Virus record (IMG/VR): IMGVR_UViG_3300025108_000251 | Coordinates: 1 to 29,913 of that record | Strand: one strand, 5' to 3' | Length of the DNA stretch: 29,913 nucleotides | From: a virus | Taxonomy: Duplodnaviria; Caudoviricetes | In this document: positions 1 through 9,049 of the stretch, in pieces | How positions within the stretch are numbered: position 1 is the stretch's first letter | Layout: each line of letters opens with the position of its first letter | Notes under the pieces: model-generated | Database searches by the model: none | The model's input: the letters and a program-made list of their open reading frames with translations, nothing else | Told to the model about the DNA's origin: nothing | Made by a program: the position numbers and the translations under genes

Positions 1-996
1 TATATCACACTTTGCGATATGCTGAATAGCAGTGAAGTAGCCGAGAGCGTCGACGAGGGAATTGAGGCGGGGCAGGAGGTCTACATCTTGCCTCGCATAG
101 TCGAGATATGTCCCGAAGTCGGTGTAGTAGGTATCGTGTCCATCTTGTAGCGGGACTTTTCGGTCTCCGAGACAGAACTCCGAGACAGCATCGAGAGACA
201 TAGCGGGCAGTTGTCCGTTTTTTAGCGTCCACATTTTCTTGAATCCGACCATCAAATCAATGACATTGATACCTACAATAGGTTGCGCCCAATCGCCGAA
301 GTCAAATCGCACACGGCGCATAGGAGATAGTGTTCGCACATCAAGGCCGTTCACTTTGAATCGCTTGAACAGTTGTTGGCAGTCTGCATTGACTACATTC
401 CATCCAGTAACGATGTCGGGGTCGTGCTTCTTTAGCAATTTAGCAAAAGCCTCCAACATATCGGATTCATTAGCAAAGCAACGGAACTTCCGTCCATCGG
501 TTTCGCAGGCGTCCTTGCCGTAGGGATGGTTTTCGGCGGGGATAGAGTCGTAGTGGCCTTCTTCGTAGTCTCGGTGGTGGAACATAACGAACTCGCCTTC
601 TTGCGAATCTTGTACGACGATGATGGTTATTTCGCCATTCTCAATCTTCCATTCCATGTCGAAGTACCAAATCCGGTGTTCATACATGGGGAACTCGTCG
701 CCACTGTTTGCGAGAACTCGGTTCGGATGATTGATGTTTCCTTCCCATGTCTGCATTTGACTCCTCGTAAGGAATCGCATATCCTCGGTGTCTCTAAACG
801 ATACCTTTCGTAGAGGTTCCCCATACAGTCCTTCGTGCGTTTCACTCCCCACTTTGCAGGGTACTTGCAAATCATGTATGTCCTTCTCATGGACATAGCA
901 ATACGGACTTTCTTCGTAGGTTTTCTTGGCTCTTTTGCCGTCTTGGTCACGGTATCGCACGACTACCTTATTCCCACGACCACGCTCAACTATCAA
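1..996 (-). CDS. polB: Family B DNA polymerase, N-terminal and 3'-5' exonuclease domains (partial, runs off the window end)
   Basis: Not in the ORF track. Manual translation from TTG at 996 is open to position 1 (MIVERGRGNKVVVRYRD...). Contains ExoI WYFDMEW, ExoII DPDIVTGWNVVNAD and ExoIII YLDYARQDV. Confidence 0.93.
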   Translation of the reverse strand, partial: MIVERGRGNKVVVRYRDQDGKRAKKTYEESPYCYVHEKDIHDLQVPCKVGSETHEGLYGEPLRKVSFRDTEDMRFLTRSQMQTWEGNINHPNRVLANSGDEFPMYEHRIWYFDMEWKIENGEITIIVVQDSQEGEFVMFHHRDYEEGHYDSIPAENHPYGKDACETDGRKFRCFANESDMLEAFAKLLKKHDPDIVTGWNVVNADCQQLFKRFKVNGLDVRTLSPMRRVRFDFGDWAQPIVGINVIDLMVGFKKMWTLKNGQLPAMSLDAVSEFCLGDRKVPLQDGHDTYYTDFGTYLDYARQDVDLLPRLNSLVDALGYFTAIQHIAKCDI

Positions 997-1495
997 ATTT
1001 CTTCCCCCACAACTCAAGTCCACTGCGCCATATTTGGAATCGCACCTTGAGAGGGATGCCTTTAGCAGACCACAGTCGCTTAGGCTTGTAATCCAATTTG
1101 CTAACGACATGGCGTAGTTGGTGAATCTTAGTGGTGTCCTGTGGGTTAAGTAGTGTGTATATGTCGCTTGCTATATGTCCGTGTTGAAGCCAATCGTTGC
1201 GACTTTTGAGTATGTCTTCATGTAGACCTTCGCCTCTCCAATCTTCATGCACCCATGTATTGCCGACTAAGAATACTCCTTCGGAGACTTCAGTGAAAGT
1301 CGTGTACCCAACACACACTGTTTGAAGGGGAAGTTTGGCCGTGTAAAAATGATATACTGCTTCATCCATAATCGCAGGGTAGCCCTTCTCACTCGCTGAC
1401 ATATAGGGGCCGTAAATCCTGTTAAAATGAGCGTGTCCAACTATGTGTCTGTTAAAATGAGCGTCTCCAACTATGTGTTTTCCTTTCTTCTTCAT
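986..1495 (-). CDS. GNAT-fold acetyltransferase-like protein
   Basis: NTWVHEDWRGEGLH matches the GNAT acetyl-CoA-binding motif A (V.p..RG.G). Has its own TATA promoter 30 nt upstream and overlaps the polB start. Confidence 0.65.
   Translation of the reverse strand: MKKKGKHIVGDAHFNRHIVGHAHFNRIYGPYMSASEKGYPAIMDEAVYHFYTAKLPLQTVCVGYTTFTEVSEGVFLVGNTWVHEDWRGEGLHEDILKSRNDWLQHGHIASDIYTLLNPQDTTKIHQLRHVVSKLDYKPKRLWSAKGIPLKVRFQIWRSGLELWGKKFDS
1419..1478. repeat. 30-bp in-frame tandem duplication (2 copies, 1 mismatch)
   Basis: ctgttaaaatgagcgtgtccaactatgtgt / ctgttaaaatgagcgtctccaactatgtgt; encodes HIVG(D/H)AHFNR twice. Confidence 0.95.
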
Positions 1496-1510
1496 GTCCC
1501 GTACTATGGG

Positions 1511-1528
1511 CCATGTTCATATAAACCC
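1511..1528 (-). promoter_or_regulatory. Class A archaeal TATA promoter (GGGTTTATATGAACATGG)
   Basis: Recurring motif; the first T of TTTATA (1525) is 30 nt upstream of the ATG at 1495. Confidence 0.8.
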
Positions 1529-2323
1529 TTAGAGCCAATCCTTGCCTTCTGCATCGGGTAGAGTATCGAGCCTTTCAGCCATACGCTCGGCTACATCGGG
1601 GTACAGTTCACACATGACGCTGTTGCGTCCGGAGAGTTGTGCGGCGACGGCAGTAGTGCCGGAACCAGCGAAGGGGTCTAAGACCCAATCCCCTTCGTCT
1701 GTGGCCGCAAGAATGCACTTCATGGGTAGTTCCACAGGGTAGGGTGCTTCATGGCCGGATTTGCTAACCGGAGTCATGTCCCAAACGCTGAATAGGTTGT
1801 CGGGTACATAGTGATAGTCGGGATTCTTTGAGAGCATGAAGATGGTCTCATGTCGAGGAACAGGACGCTTGATGTATGCTTCCGGTTGAGGGTAAGCCTT
1901 GCTCTTGTTCCAAATGATTTCGCTTCGCAAAACCCAACCATCTTCTTGTAATGCGAGAGCAAGTCTCCAAGGAACACCGAGTAAGTTCTTGGGTGCTATC
2001 CCTGTTACGGAGCGAGAACCATACTTGTTGCGAGTCTCCTTGCGACCACCTTCTTTGTAATCACTACCTGCCCCACCGGAGCCATTGTAGCAGTCACCCA
2101 TATTGAGCCAAAGAGTACCGTCTTCGGTTAGTGAATCTCGCACTTTGCTAAACATTTCGACGAGTCCGTCGATGTATTCGTCTAAGGCTTGGTCCTTACC
2201 TATCTCTCGTCCATCCTCACCATAACTTCGCAAGCCGAAGTACGGAGGGGAAGTAACACAGCAACGGAACTTATTCGCAGGAAGGTCAATTTCCATTATG
2301 TCGCCTACGATGATTTCATTCAT
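1529..2323 (-). CDS. Orphan DNA methyltransferase, beta class (N4-C/N6-A)
   Basis: Catalytic TSPPY precedes SAM-binding VLDPFAGSGTT; also H.APYP. ATG 2323 overlaps the upstream stop (ATGA). Confidence 0.93.
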   Translation of the reverse strand: MNEIIVGDIMEIDLPANKFRCCVTSPPYFGLRSYGEDGREIGKDQALDEYIDGLVEMFSKVRDSLTEDGTLWLNMGDCYNGSGGAGSDYKEGGRKETRNKYGSRSVTGIAPKNLLGVPWRLALALQEDGWVLRSEIIWNKSKAYPQPEAYIKRPVPRHETIFMLSKNPDYHYVPDNLFSVWDMTPVSKSGHEAPYPVELPMKCILAATDEGDWVLDPFAGSGTTAVAAQLSGRNSVMCELYPDVAERMAERLDTLPDAEGKDWL

Positions 2324-3066
2324 AGCCAATCCCCCTCAACTCTCGCTACACTGTTAATTCGGTCTTCCGCCATTCGACAGTATTCGTGCGAATTATCAAT
2401 GAGAATGTAGTCCCAACCGTTTTTGATAGCAGAAACGGCAACAGTTCCCGAACCCCCGAAAGGGTCAAGAACCACCTTGCCCTCGCAAGAGGTCAAGATA
2501 TTGTCAACCAATTCCACAGGAAATGGTGCGGGATGAAGACTTTTCTTTTCTTGGTTGATTCTCCACACATCACCCTTCTTGTTGCCACCTTTTTTGAGTC
2601 GGAAGGAACCCTCACCTTTCGCTGTTTTCGGCATCACATACACTACTTCGTATGTCGGCAAAAAGTAAGAGTCGTTAAAATTAAAACCGCCTGCCCTTGA
2701 CCAAATAATCATTTGACGGACATTGAATGGTTCTAAGAACGGGTGTCCTTCCATCAATCCACCCTGCACCCTAAATTTATGATTGAAAAATATCGCACCG
2801 CTTGGTTTCAAGACTCTAAACATTTCAGTCACACACTCCTTCATCCACTCAATATATTCCTCTCTGCTAAGACTGTCTTCGTGTTTATCATATCCCTTCC
2901 TCAACCCATCGTCGGCAGAAGTCCATTTACTCCCTCTCCCGTCCTTCATACCGTTGCCGGTGGAGTTCTTGAGATTGTAGGGTGGGCTTGTGACAACTAA
3001 ATCCACGCACCCATCATCCATTTTTCGCATTTCTGCGAGAATATCCCCACAAATGATTTTATTCAA
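2320..3066 (-). CDS. Orphan DNA methyltransferase, beta class (N4-C/N6-A)
   Basis: DLVVTSPPYN, HPAPFP and VLDPFGGSGT in beta-class order; no adjacent restriction endonuclease. Confidence 0.93.
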   Translation of the reverse strand: MNKIICGDILAEMRKMDDGCVDLVVTSPPYNLKNSTGNGMKDGRGSKWTSADDGLRKGYDKHEDSLSREEYIEWMKECVTEMFRVLKPSGAIFFNHKFRVQGGLMEGHPFLEPFNVRQMIIWSRAGGFNFNDSYFLPTYEVVYVMPKTAKGEGSFRLKKGGNKKGDVWRINQEKKSLHPAPFPVELVDNILTSCEGKVVLDPFGGSGTVAVSAIKNGWDYILIDNSHEYCRMAEDRINSVARVEGDWL

Positions 3067-3445
3067 GCGCAGTCCTCCTGTAAATGTTGGAAGGCCAACG
3101 CTCTAAGTTACTGACGACAATACTAACATAGCCCCATTTAGCAATTATTCGCATAATACCACCCACCATGTCCTTTGTTATTGAAGATTGGGGGCGACAG
3201 AACCTCATGGCTCCGTATGCGATTTGACCTGTGGTGCAAGTATCTCCTTCATCCAACTCTAAAACGAAGGCCATAATAGCAATCTTGCGATGCAATTTAC
3301 GCATAGACATCGTCTCACCCATCTTGGAAAGAACACTTCGTATCTCCTCCCTGCTTAGGAGCAAGCCCCTCGATGCGATATTCTGTATCACTTGGTCAGT
3401 CTGTCGAGACGACCAATCAGCGAGGTCGGTAGGCATCCCATTCAC
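3059..3445 (-). CDS. Hypothetical protein, probable C-terminal winged helix
   Basis: GTG 3445 overlaps the upstream stop (GTGA); the ORF track extends it to 3466. TTGQIA...VGGIMRIIAKWGYV...IYRR resembles a wHTH. Confidence 0.55.
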   Translation of the reverse strand: MNGMPTDLADWSSRQTDQVIQNIASRGLLLSREEIRSVLSKMGETMSMRKLHRKIAIMAFVLELDEGDTCTTGQIAYGAMRFCRPQSSITKDMVGGIMRIIAKWGYVSIVVSNLERWPSNIYRRTALE

Positions 3446-4227
3446 ACGCACCGTTGGTACACGCAACCGAATGGGCCTTCAATGACGAGATGTATTCCCG
3501 CTCCTTCCTCTCGGAAGTCGAGGAACTTGAGGCTAAGGGTAGCACCGAGGTTTAGGTTCTCGAACCCTCCTTCGCACATCACATCGAATGATTCGCATTC
3601 TTGGTCTTTAGCGAGCGTAGTGTGTACCTCGCCATACAAGTCCTTCCCGACTGTCAATCCGAGGTTCCCGTTAGACATAGTAAGCACATACCTCGCTACC
3701 TTCTGTCCGTTGATATTAGCAGATTGAATCGCATCCTTGAGAATTGCTTCCGGAACGGTCACTTCGTAGAAGTATTCACGGATTGAACCGTCCTTCATCG
3801 TGTAGCCGTCGTACTGAATCTTGTCGAACATATCTTGCGACTTGTCTCGCCACTCACTCACTGTGAGGGTCGTGTGAGGGAACGCAAGTGCTTCTTTGTT
3901 AGCGGCCAGCGTAGTCTGCTTGCCTGTCGAGCGAATCTTGAGCCTGTCCTTGTTTTGATTGAATGTCACAACGCCGCTATGAGTCTTTAGTGCTGAAATC
4001 AATTTAGCAATATCGGGAACGACGAGGGAACCATCACCTTCTTCGACATCGCAAGTCATAGCAGATACCGATGTGATACCGTCTCGCACGATTGACACCG
4101 TACTTGCTTCGGTAGGACCACATGAAATGATACATGACTGTACCTGCGGCATCGGCTTCCCGTTAATCACGGCCATTCTTTGTGTGTTCTGCAATAGTCT
4201 CAAAAGTTCTTTTACTTCTCCCTTCAT
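3442..4227 (-). CDS. Divergent PCNA-like DNA sliding clamp
   Basis: 261 aa from ATG 4227, 30 nt below a TATA box. Clamp-like beta-alpha periodicity (ELLRLLQNT, VPDIAKLISALK, VTVPEAILKDAIQSA); lies in a module with RFC and PolB. Fold is inferred. Confidence 0.6.
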   Translation of the reverse strand: MKGEVKELLRLLQNTQRMAVINGKPMPQVQSCIISCGPTEASTVSIVRDGITSVSAMTCDVEEGDGSLVVPDIAKLISALKTHSGVVTFNQNKDRLKIRSTGKQTTLAANKEALAFPHTTLTVSEWRDKSQDMFDKIQYDGYTMKDGSIREYFYEVTVPEAILKDAIQSANINGQKVARYVLTMSNGNLGLTVGKDLYGEVHTTLAKDQECESFDVMCEGGFENLNLGATLSLKFLDFREEGAGIHLVIEGPFGCVYQRCV

Positions 4228-4229
4228 AT

Positions 4230-4457
4230 TTATTCCACCTTTCCTTGTCCATATAAACCCAACCCTCTTCCTTTGAAGATTGAGGAACACAACTTGCAAT
4301 TGGCTTCCGGAGCCTCCACTTGGGGATGCTTACCGAATTTATCGAAGCCACGACATAGGTAGTAGGACATTTCGCCCTTCACCTTGACTGCGTAGTGCGT
4401 GTTGGAGCGTTTTCGTTGCTCGCTCACGACCTTGATGTCGAGAGTCAAGCGACTCAC
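4230..4457 (-). CDS. Small Zn-binding protein (H...C...CxxC)
   Basis: GTG 4457 overlaps the ATPase stop; 75 aa with THY...YLC...GKHP...CKLC. Confidence 0.6.
   Translation of the reverse strand: MSRLTLDIKVVSEQRKRSNTHYAVKVKGEMSYYLCRGFDKFGKHPQVEAPEANCKLCSSIFKGRGLGLYGQGKVE
4243..4260 (-). promoter_or_regulatory. Class A TATA promoter (GGGTTTATATGGACAAGG)
   Basis: Motif copy; TTT at 4257 is 30 nt upstream of the ATG at 4227. Confidence 0.8.
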
Positions 4458-5389
4458 TCCCAAACGAGCATAGGTAGACCGGTCCAAGACACACTCCCAT
4501 CACTGACTCGCAAGACAGTGTGTTGAGTACCAAGGAGGTCCATATTCCAACCCTTCATCTCTTCGATGTTGGCTCGGATTTCCCATGTGTTTTCGTCCAT
4601 ATCGGAGTCTGCCTTGACACCTGCGGCGAGGTCGCCTTTCTTGGTGTAGCGAGAGAGGAAAATCTGTTGCGAAAACAATCGCATGGTTCCCTTGTCCCAT
4701 TCCGGCACTTCTCCGACCTTCATTAGTCCCTTCTGTCCGTTACCCAAGTCTGCGAATTGCTTCACATCTTTGAGGTGGAAGGTGAAGAAGACGGCATCGA
4801 CAGGTAGTTGATGCGCCCTGTTCATCACATCTCGGAACAGTTGGTTGCGAATACGCCATTCCTTTTGGTTGAAGGAATCGCCGTCTTCGACATTGATTGG
4901 GTTCTTTGAGCGGTTCATAAGAACATCAGTCATGGCGTTCTCACACCACTTGAGGAAGGTGGAACCACCGTCGATGATAACGGCTCCGATGTCCCCATCT
5001 TTCGCAGTATCTCCAATAATCTTGATGAAGTACCCCATCTTGTCGACGAGAGCAGTCCAGTTCGTAGTGTTATCTTCTTCAAAGAGAGAAGCGTCGGTTT
5101 CGTCAAAGATTGGAACCACACGGATTTTGTCGTCCGTAGGGAAGTTCTTTGCGATAGTCTGCACAGCAGAGTTGTCAATGTCGATGATAACGATTTCCTT
5201 ATCGGTCCTCGCTCTTGCGATTGAGACTGCAAGTCCGGTCTTTGCCGTGTTTTCCTTGCCCGTCAAAGCCATGCGAATTGGCGCAGTAGTAGTGCGCTTT
5301 CGCATGAACAGTTCACGGTAATGCTCAATCCCGTAGACGGGCGCATCTTCTTCTGCTTGCTTCTTTTTTCCTGTGTCTCCCCAACTCAT
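4454..5389 (-). CDS. RecA-fold P-loop ATPase (AAA_24/Sak4/RadA-like)
   Basis: Variant Walker A ALTGKENTAKTG, Walker B AVIIDGGS, FFTFH strand; directly downstream of an SSB-like gene, as is usual for Sak4. Confidence 0.7.
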   Translation of the reverse strand: MSWGDTGKKKQAEEDAPVYGIEHYRELFMRKRTTTAPIRMALTGKENTAKTGLAVSIARARTDKEIVIIDIDNSAVQTIAKNFPTDDKIRVVPIFDETDASLFEEDNTTNWTALVDKMGYFIKIIGDTAKDGDIGAVIIDGGSTFLKWCENAMTDVLMNRSKNPINVEDGDSFNQKEWRIRNQLFRDVMNRAHQLPVDAVFFTFHLKDVKQFADLGNGQKGLMKVGEVPEWDKGTMRLFSQQIFLSRYTKKGDLAAGVKADSDMDENTWEIRANIEEMKGWNMDLLGTQHTVLRVSDGSVSWTGLPMLVWE

Positions 5390-5395
5390 TCTTCA

Positions 5396-6622
5396 TCACT
5401 CCCAATCGTCGTTTTCCTCATCAGCCGTCGCTTCGGGTAGGCTCACGCCGATGCTCTCGACACACCACCAACCTGTCGTAGCCAAGCGTCCGTCGCCTTC
5501 ACGACCGACATAAGGCTGTCCGACGACAACGAGGAGAGAACCGACACCGAAGTCCAATTTGGAATCTTCTTCGGCGTTCACATAGAGGTCAATCGGCGGA
5601 GCCGAAGAGACCAAGTCCAAGTCTGCGAGAGTGATGATAGCACCACCCTTTTCCCTTGGGTCGATGTGTGCGACTTCAAGAACCACAGCGCATAGAGCGT
5701 CCCACTTCTCCTTATCGGAGAGTGTACCCACGAAGGACTCGATGTCTTCGAGACCCTTCAAGACCTTCATGTTTTCGGGGATAAGACCCGAACCATCGGA
5801 GGCCAAAGGAGGTTGCGAAAAGATACCCTCGACCGACTTGTCGAGAGTGTATTTGCTGACACCGGCCTTAGCATAGGCAGTGCCGTTCTTGCTCAAATTC
5901 GCAGGAATGCGAAGGGGGGAGAAGGTAGGGTAGTTGACCTTAGCGAGGTCTCCTCGGAACTTCATCGGGATGAGGGAAACACCTTTGTCTCCGGCCTTGC
6001 GACCCAAGAAGAGGCAAGTGCGTTCGAGGTCTTGAGTGGCTCTCGCCTTTCCGTAAGCGTAGTTCGGTGAACCGCTTGGGTAGGTAGGAGAGGACTTGTT
6101 CTCGATGCAGACGAAGTAGCCTGTGCCGTCTTCGATACGAGTTGCCTGCTTAGGCAAGTTCTCGGTGTGCATTTCTGCGACTCCTTCTTCAAAACCTTGT
6201 TTGTTCGTGAGGCTCGGATTGTGAATGACCTTGAAGCCACCCTCCAAATCGTCCACCAAATACAGGGTCACAAGACCCTGTGCGACAAGTGTCTTTCGTG
6301 CTTCACCGTCGAGGCTCGCAAGCAAGTCTTTGTATTTGTTGTAGAAGACCTTGCCCCAATCTTTGTATCGAGGTGCGCTGATGAACATTCCTTCAAGCAT
6401 ACTGCAACCGCTTCGGGCCAACTTAGCCTTCTCACTTCGCAATTCAGCCGCCGCCATTCGCAGGCATTTCGTTCCAATTTCTTCTGCGCCGAGGCCGGAA
6501 GCCTCCAACGCAGGGGTGTTCGTCTTCAAGACTCGCTCATGTCGGGTTTCAAGTTCCCCGACTGAACAGCCTACATTCTTCGCTACTCGTTCGTACATTT
6601 GTGTTGTTACCATCTTGCTCAC
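5396..6622 (-). CDS. Probable ssDNA-binding (RPA/OB-fold-like) protein
   Basis: 408 aa with a beta-rich C-terminal half (IITLADLD...IDLYV...GSLLVVVGQ) and an acidic tail ADEENDDWE; lies between RFC and the recombinase-like ATPase. Confidence 0.5.
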   Translation of the reverse strand: MSKMVTTQMYERVAKNVGCSVGELETRHERVLKTNTPALEASGLGAEEIGTKCLRMAAAELRSEKAKLARSGCSMLEGMFISAPRYKDWGKVFYNKYKDLLASLDGEARKTLVAQGLVTLYLVDDLEGGFKVIHNPSLTNKQGFEEGVAEMHTENLPKQATRIEDGTGYFVCIENKSSPTYPSGSPNYAYGKARATQDLERTCLFLGRKAGDKGVSLIPMKFRGDLAKVNYPTFSPLRIPANLSKNGTAYAKAGVSKYTLDKSVEGIFSQPPLASDGSGLIPENMKVLKGLEDIESFVGTLSDKEKWDALCAVVLEVAHIDPREKGGAIITLADLDLVSSAPPIDLYVNAEEDSKLDFGVGSLLVVVGQPYVGREGDGRLATTGWWCVESIGVSLPEATADEENDDWE

Positions 6623-6649
6623 TTTCCTTGTGTAATTTGTCCTAACTCT

Positions 6650-6667
6650 CCATGTCCATATAAACCC
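6650..6667 (-). promoter_or_regulatory. Class A TATA promoter (GGGTTTATATGGACATGG)
   Basis: Intergenic motif copy, 42 nt upstream of the GTG at 6622. Confidence 0.78.
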
Positions 6668-6676
6668 TACTTCGTT

Positions 6677-6955
6677 TTACAGTCCATACCAATAATCAGT
6701 ATGGATTTCCTGCATGTCTCTAATGGTGCTATCCCAAATTAGCATGAAAAGGTCTTCGTACACCCACTTAGTCGCTCCCCACTTGTTCTTAACAAAGGGG
6801 AATAGCAATATGTCAATGGGTATTGAATATATAGCCGCCAACAAAAGTAATGGGCTGATTAGCAAGCATAACAACTGCAATCCCTCATTGACCAAATACA
6901 ACGGAAACATAATGATTAGAAAAGCAACATCCATAATGTCTCGCTTACTATCCAT
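6677..6955 (-). CDS. Small membrane protein
   Basis: ATG 6955 follows the RFC stop; 92 aa with long hydrophobic segments (VAFLIIMFPLYLV, LLCLLISPLLLLAAIYSIPIDILLFPFV). Confidence 0.65.
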   Translation of the reverse strand: MDSKRDIMDVAFLIIMFPLYLVNEGLQLLCLLISPLLLLAAIYSIPIDILLFPFVKNKWGATKWVYEDLFMLIWDSTIRDMQEIHTDYWYGL

Positions 6956-6956
6956 A

Positions 6957-7865
6957 TCAAACACGCTCACATAGAATCCGGCAGTAATTCCAACGAACCA
7001 CTGTCTCATCGACGCCCATGAGAATATCACGCTCGCTGACGATTGAAGCCTCAATGACCTTCATCTTGGCTTCGGGGGATGCCGAGGAGGAGACCGCATA
7101 ATCAAGCACTTGCTTAATCACGGTCCTCATAGGCATGGAGTCAATCATGGCGACGGCTTCGGACAGACCTTGAGCCTTTACGCACATACGGAGAAATGAC
7201 TTGGCGTTCAAGTCCGTATCTCCGAGGGAGAGAATGAAGTGTTCCCGCTCACGCTCCGTCTTGAAAGTGGCGTATGCTTGCAAGCATCCTATCGCATTTC
7301 TTAGGTCGCCCAAATGCCTCTTGATAATCGCATTCATGTGTGTCCCCCCTATGGTAAGACCTTCTTCGACTGCAACCCGAATGAGAGCCTCGTTCATGGC
7401 GTCCTTGTCAATTGGTTTGAAGTGTCGCACTTGACAACGGGACTGTAACCAAGGCGATACCTTCGTCAAGTCGTTGCAAGTGAGGATGAAATAGCAAGTG
7501 TTTGACTCAATGACCCCTTTGAGCGCATCCTGCGCTTGGATAGTCAAGCGGTCTGCTTCATCGAGGAGAATGATGGTTTCCCATCTTCCGCTTCTTGCGA
7601 GAGGGATAATGTCTTCTTCGATGAATTCAATGCCTCTTGTTTTCTTGCTGGAAGCATTGAAGATATGTAGTTCGTACCCCAACTCTTTCGCAAGTATGTG
7701 GGCGGCAGTGGTCTTGCCGGTTCCGGGTTCGGGGGAATGGAATAGGAAGTGATTCATAGGCGACTCGTAAGAGATAATGCCATACATTTCAGCCACAATC
7801 GTAGATTGACCGACCATGTGCGGGAACTTAGCAGGCCGGTGTTTAGCAAACCATACTGCGCTCAT
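6957..7865 (-). CDS. rfcS: Replication factor C small subunit (clamp loader)
   Basis: WFAKHRP (box II), PGTGKTT, NAS, ILLDEAD, AQDALK, LQSRC and GDLRNAI; ATG 7865 via ATGA overlap. Confidence 0.93.
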   Translation of the reverse strand: MSAVWFAKHRPAKFPHMVGQSTIVAEMYGIISYESPMNHFLFHSPEPGTGKTTAAHILAKELGYELHIFNASSKKTRGIEFIEEDIIPLARSGRWETIILLDEADRLTIQAQDALKGVIESNTCYFILTCNDLTKVSPWLQSRCQVRHFKPIDKDAMNEALIRVAVEEGLTIGGTHMNAIIKRHLGDLRNAIGCLQAYATFKTEREREHFILSLGDTDLNAKSFLRMCVKAQGLSEAVAMIDSMPMRTVIKQVLDYAVSSSASPEAKMKVIEASIVSERDILMGVDETVVRWNYCRILCERV

Positions 7866-8050
7866 TCCAACATCCTCCATTCGTATGCCTCTTTGCTCAT
7901 CATGTCCAACTCGTATGAACAGTAATCGCAGACTCCTACTTGTTCGTGGCAGATGTTGTCACACATCTTACACATGGCAATCCCCTTCTTCTTGAGAAAA
8001 GATAGGACCATAGGCTCGGTTATCCTTTTAGCCAACCACTTGCGAATCAT
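7862..8050 (-). CDS. Small Cys-rich Zn-ribbon protein
   Basis: CKMC...CDYC; coupled overlaps at both ends. Confidence 0.7.
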   Translation of the reverse strand: MIRKWLAKRITEPMVLSFLKKKGIAMCKMCDNICHEQVGVCDYCSYELDMMSKEAYEWRMLE

Positions 8051-8208
8051 TTACTCATCCCCATAGTGAACTTAATCGTGTTTGAGCAGACTTGACAAAT
8101 CAAACCCAAACGGTTTTTCTTGTCTTCGTCGGTATCGAAAATCTCTAATCTCGCTCTAAATGTCGTTATTTCCCTGCAAGCAGGGCATTTTACCTGTTTA
8201 ATTCTCAT
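8047..8208 (-). CDS. Small Zn-ribbon protein (53 aa, not in ORF track)
   Basis: MRIKQVKCPAC...LICQVCSNTIKFTMGMSK; ATGA overlaps at both ends fill the gap exactly. Confidence 0.75.
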   Translation of the reverse strand: MRIKQVKCPACREITTFRARLEIFDTDEDKKNRLGLICQVCSNTIKFTMGMSK

Positions 8209-8852
8209 TCTTCCTCACCTGCCGGTAATAGTTCATACAGTCTTTCTCGCAACGGTGTGTGCAAGCGTGACCATGAAAGGATAGCCTGTGCGTTGACGAA
8301 TTGACCGTAGGTACTCTTGCCCGATGTGTTCAAGTTGAAGCAATTGACATTCTTAGGATTCTCTCTCCCACCCATAACATCGTCGAGAGCGTCTTCTCGC
8401 TCGGAAGCGTGTTCCAATTGCGAAGCAGTTGCGCCCCTGTCAAGAAGTGTCTGCCTGTCAGCAGTCAAACGGATAATGATTCCCCCCTCGTCCAAGATTC
8501 TTTGTGCTTCGTTCTCATGCCTCACATCGTCGCAGATGGCGAAGCCCATGTCCTTGCGTTTCATGTAATCAAACATTCGGTCGACCCAATAGTCTTCGTC
8601 GAAGAAGTCACGCTTCGCTTGACCCCATGCTTGCAATATAGGTCTCGTTAGCGACTTGTCAATACCTTCAAGCCTGCCCCACCAAAAGCGAGCGTCGGAC
8701 CTTTGCTTCTTGGGATAGAATGCCTGCGCTACTTCTATACGAAGTGATTCTGCGAAAGATACGATAGGCAAGTCCCAAGCCAAAGCAAGTTCTTTAGCGA
8801 GAGTCGACTTGCCCGACCTCATAGTACCTGCGATTCCAATAACGGCGGTCAT
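8205..8852 (-). CDS. Deoxynucleoside monophosphate kinase (T4 gp1-like)
   Basis: GIAGTMRSGKST, SFAESLR, RPILQAWG, DYWV, DDVRHENEA and HASE motifs. Confidence 0.85.
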   Translation of the reverse strand: MTAVIGIAGTMRSGKSTLAKELALAWDLPIVSFAESLRIEVAQAFYPKKQRSDARFWWGRLEGIDKSLTRPILQAWGQAKRDFFDEDYWVDRMFDYMKRKDMGFAICDDVRHENEAQRILDEGGIIIRLTADRQTLLDRGATASQLEHASEREDALDDVMGGRENPKNVNCFNLNTSGKSTYGQFVNAQAILSWSRLHTPLRERLYELLPAGEEE

Positions 8853-9049
8853 TCCTTCCACGACTCCTTTACCATGAAATCATGTAGTCTCTTTCCTAAA
8901 TCATTGAAATCAATACATTCATGGTGCATGGTGATTAACGCTTCACGCAACCGCTTGACTTCTTCAAGGAGAAGTGGTGCATCTTCAATCAACAGTTGTT
9001 TGGCAATTCGTATCATGTCGTGGTTCTCGTACTTGTCTGTGTCAATCAT
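8849..9049 (-). CDS. Small protein with LLEEVKRLR coiled motif (paralog 1)
   Basis: MIDTDKYE...LLEEVKRLRE; ATGA overlaps. Confidence 0.7.
   Translation of the reverse strand: MIDTDKYENHDMIRIAKQLLIEDAPLLLEEVKRLREALITMHHECIDFNDLGKRLHDFMVKESWKE

Noticed and set aside
627-950. 107-aa minus-strand ORF (also 5-232 and the plus-strand ORFs in 239-1117)
   Set aside because: Alternative frames over the polB exonuclease domain, which occupies 1-996.
1529-3066. Restriction-modification system
   Set aside because: No endonuclease-like gene next to the two methyltransferases, and the HNH gene is 15 kb away in the early region; treated as orphan MTases.
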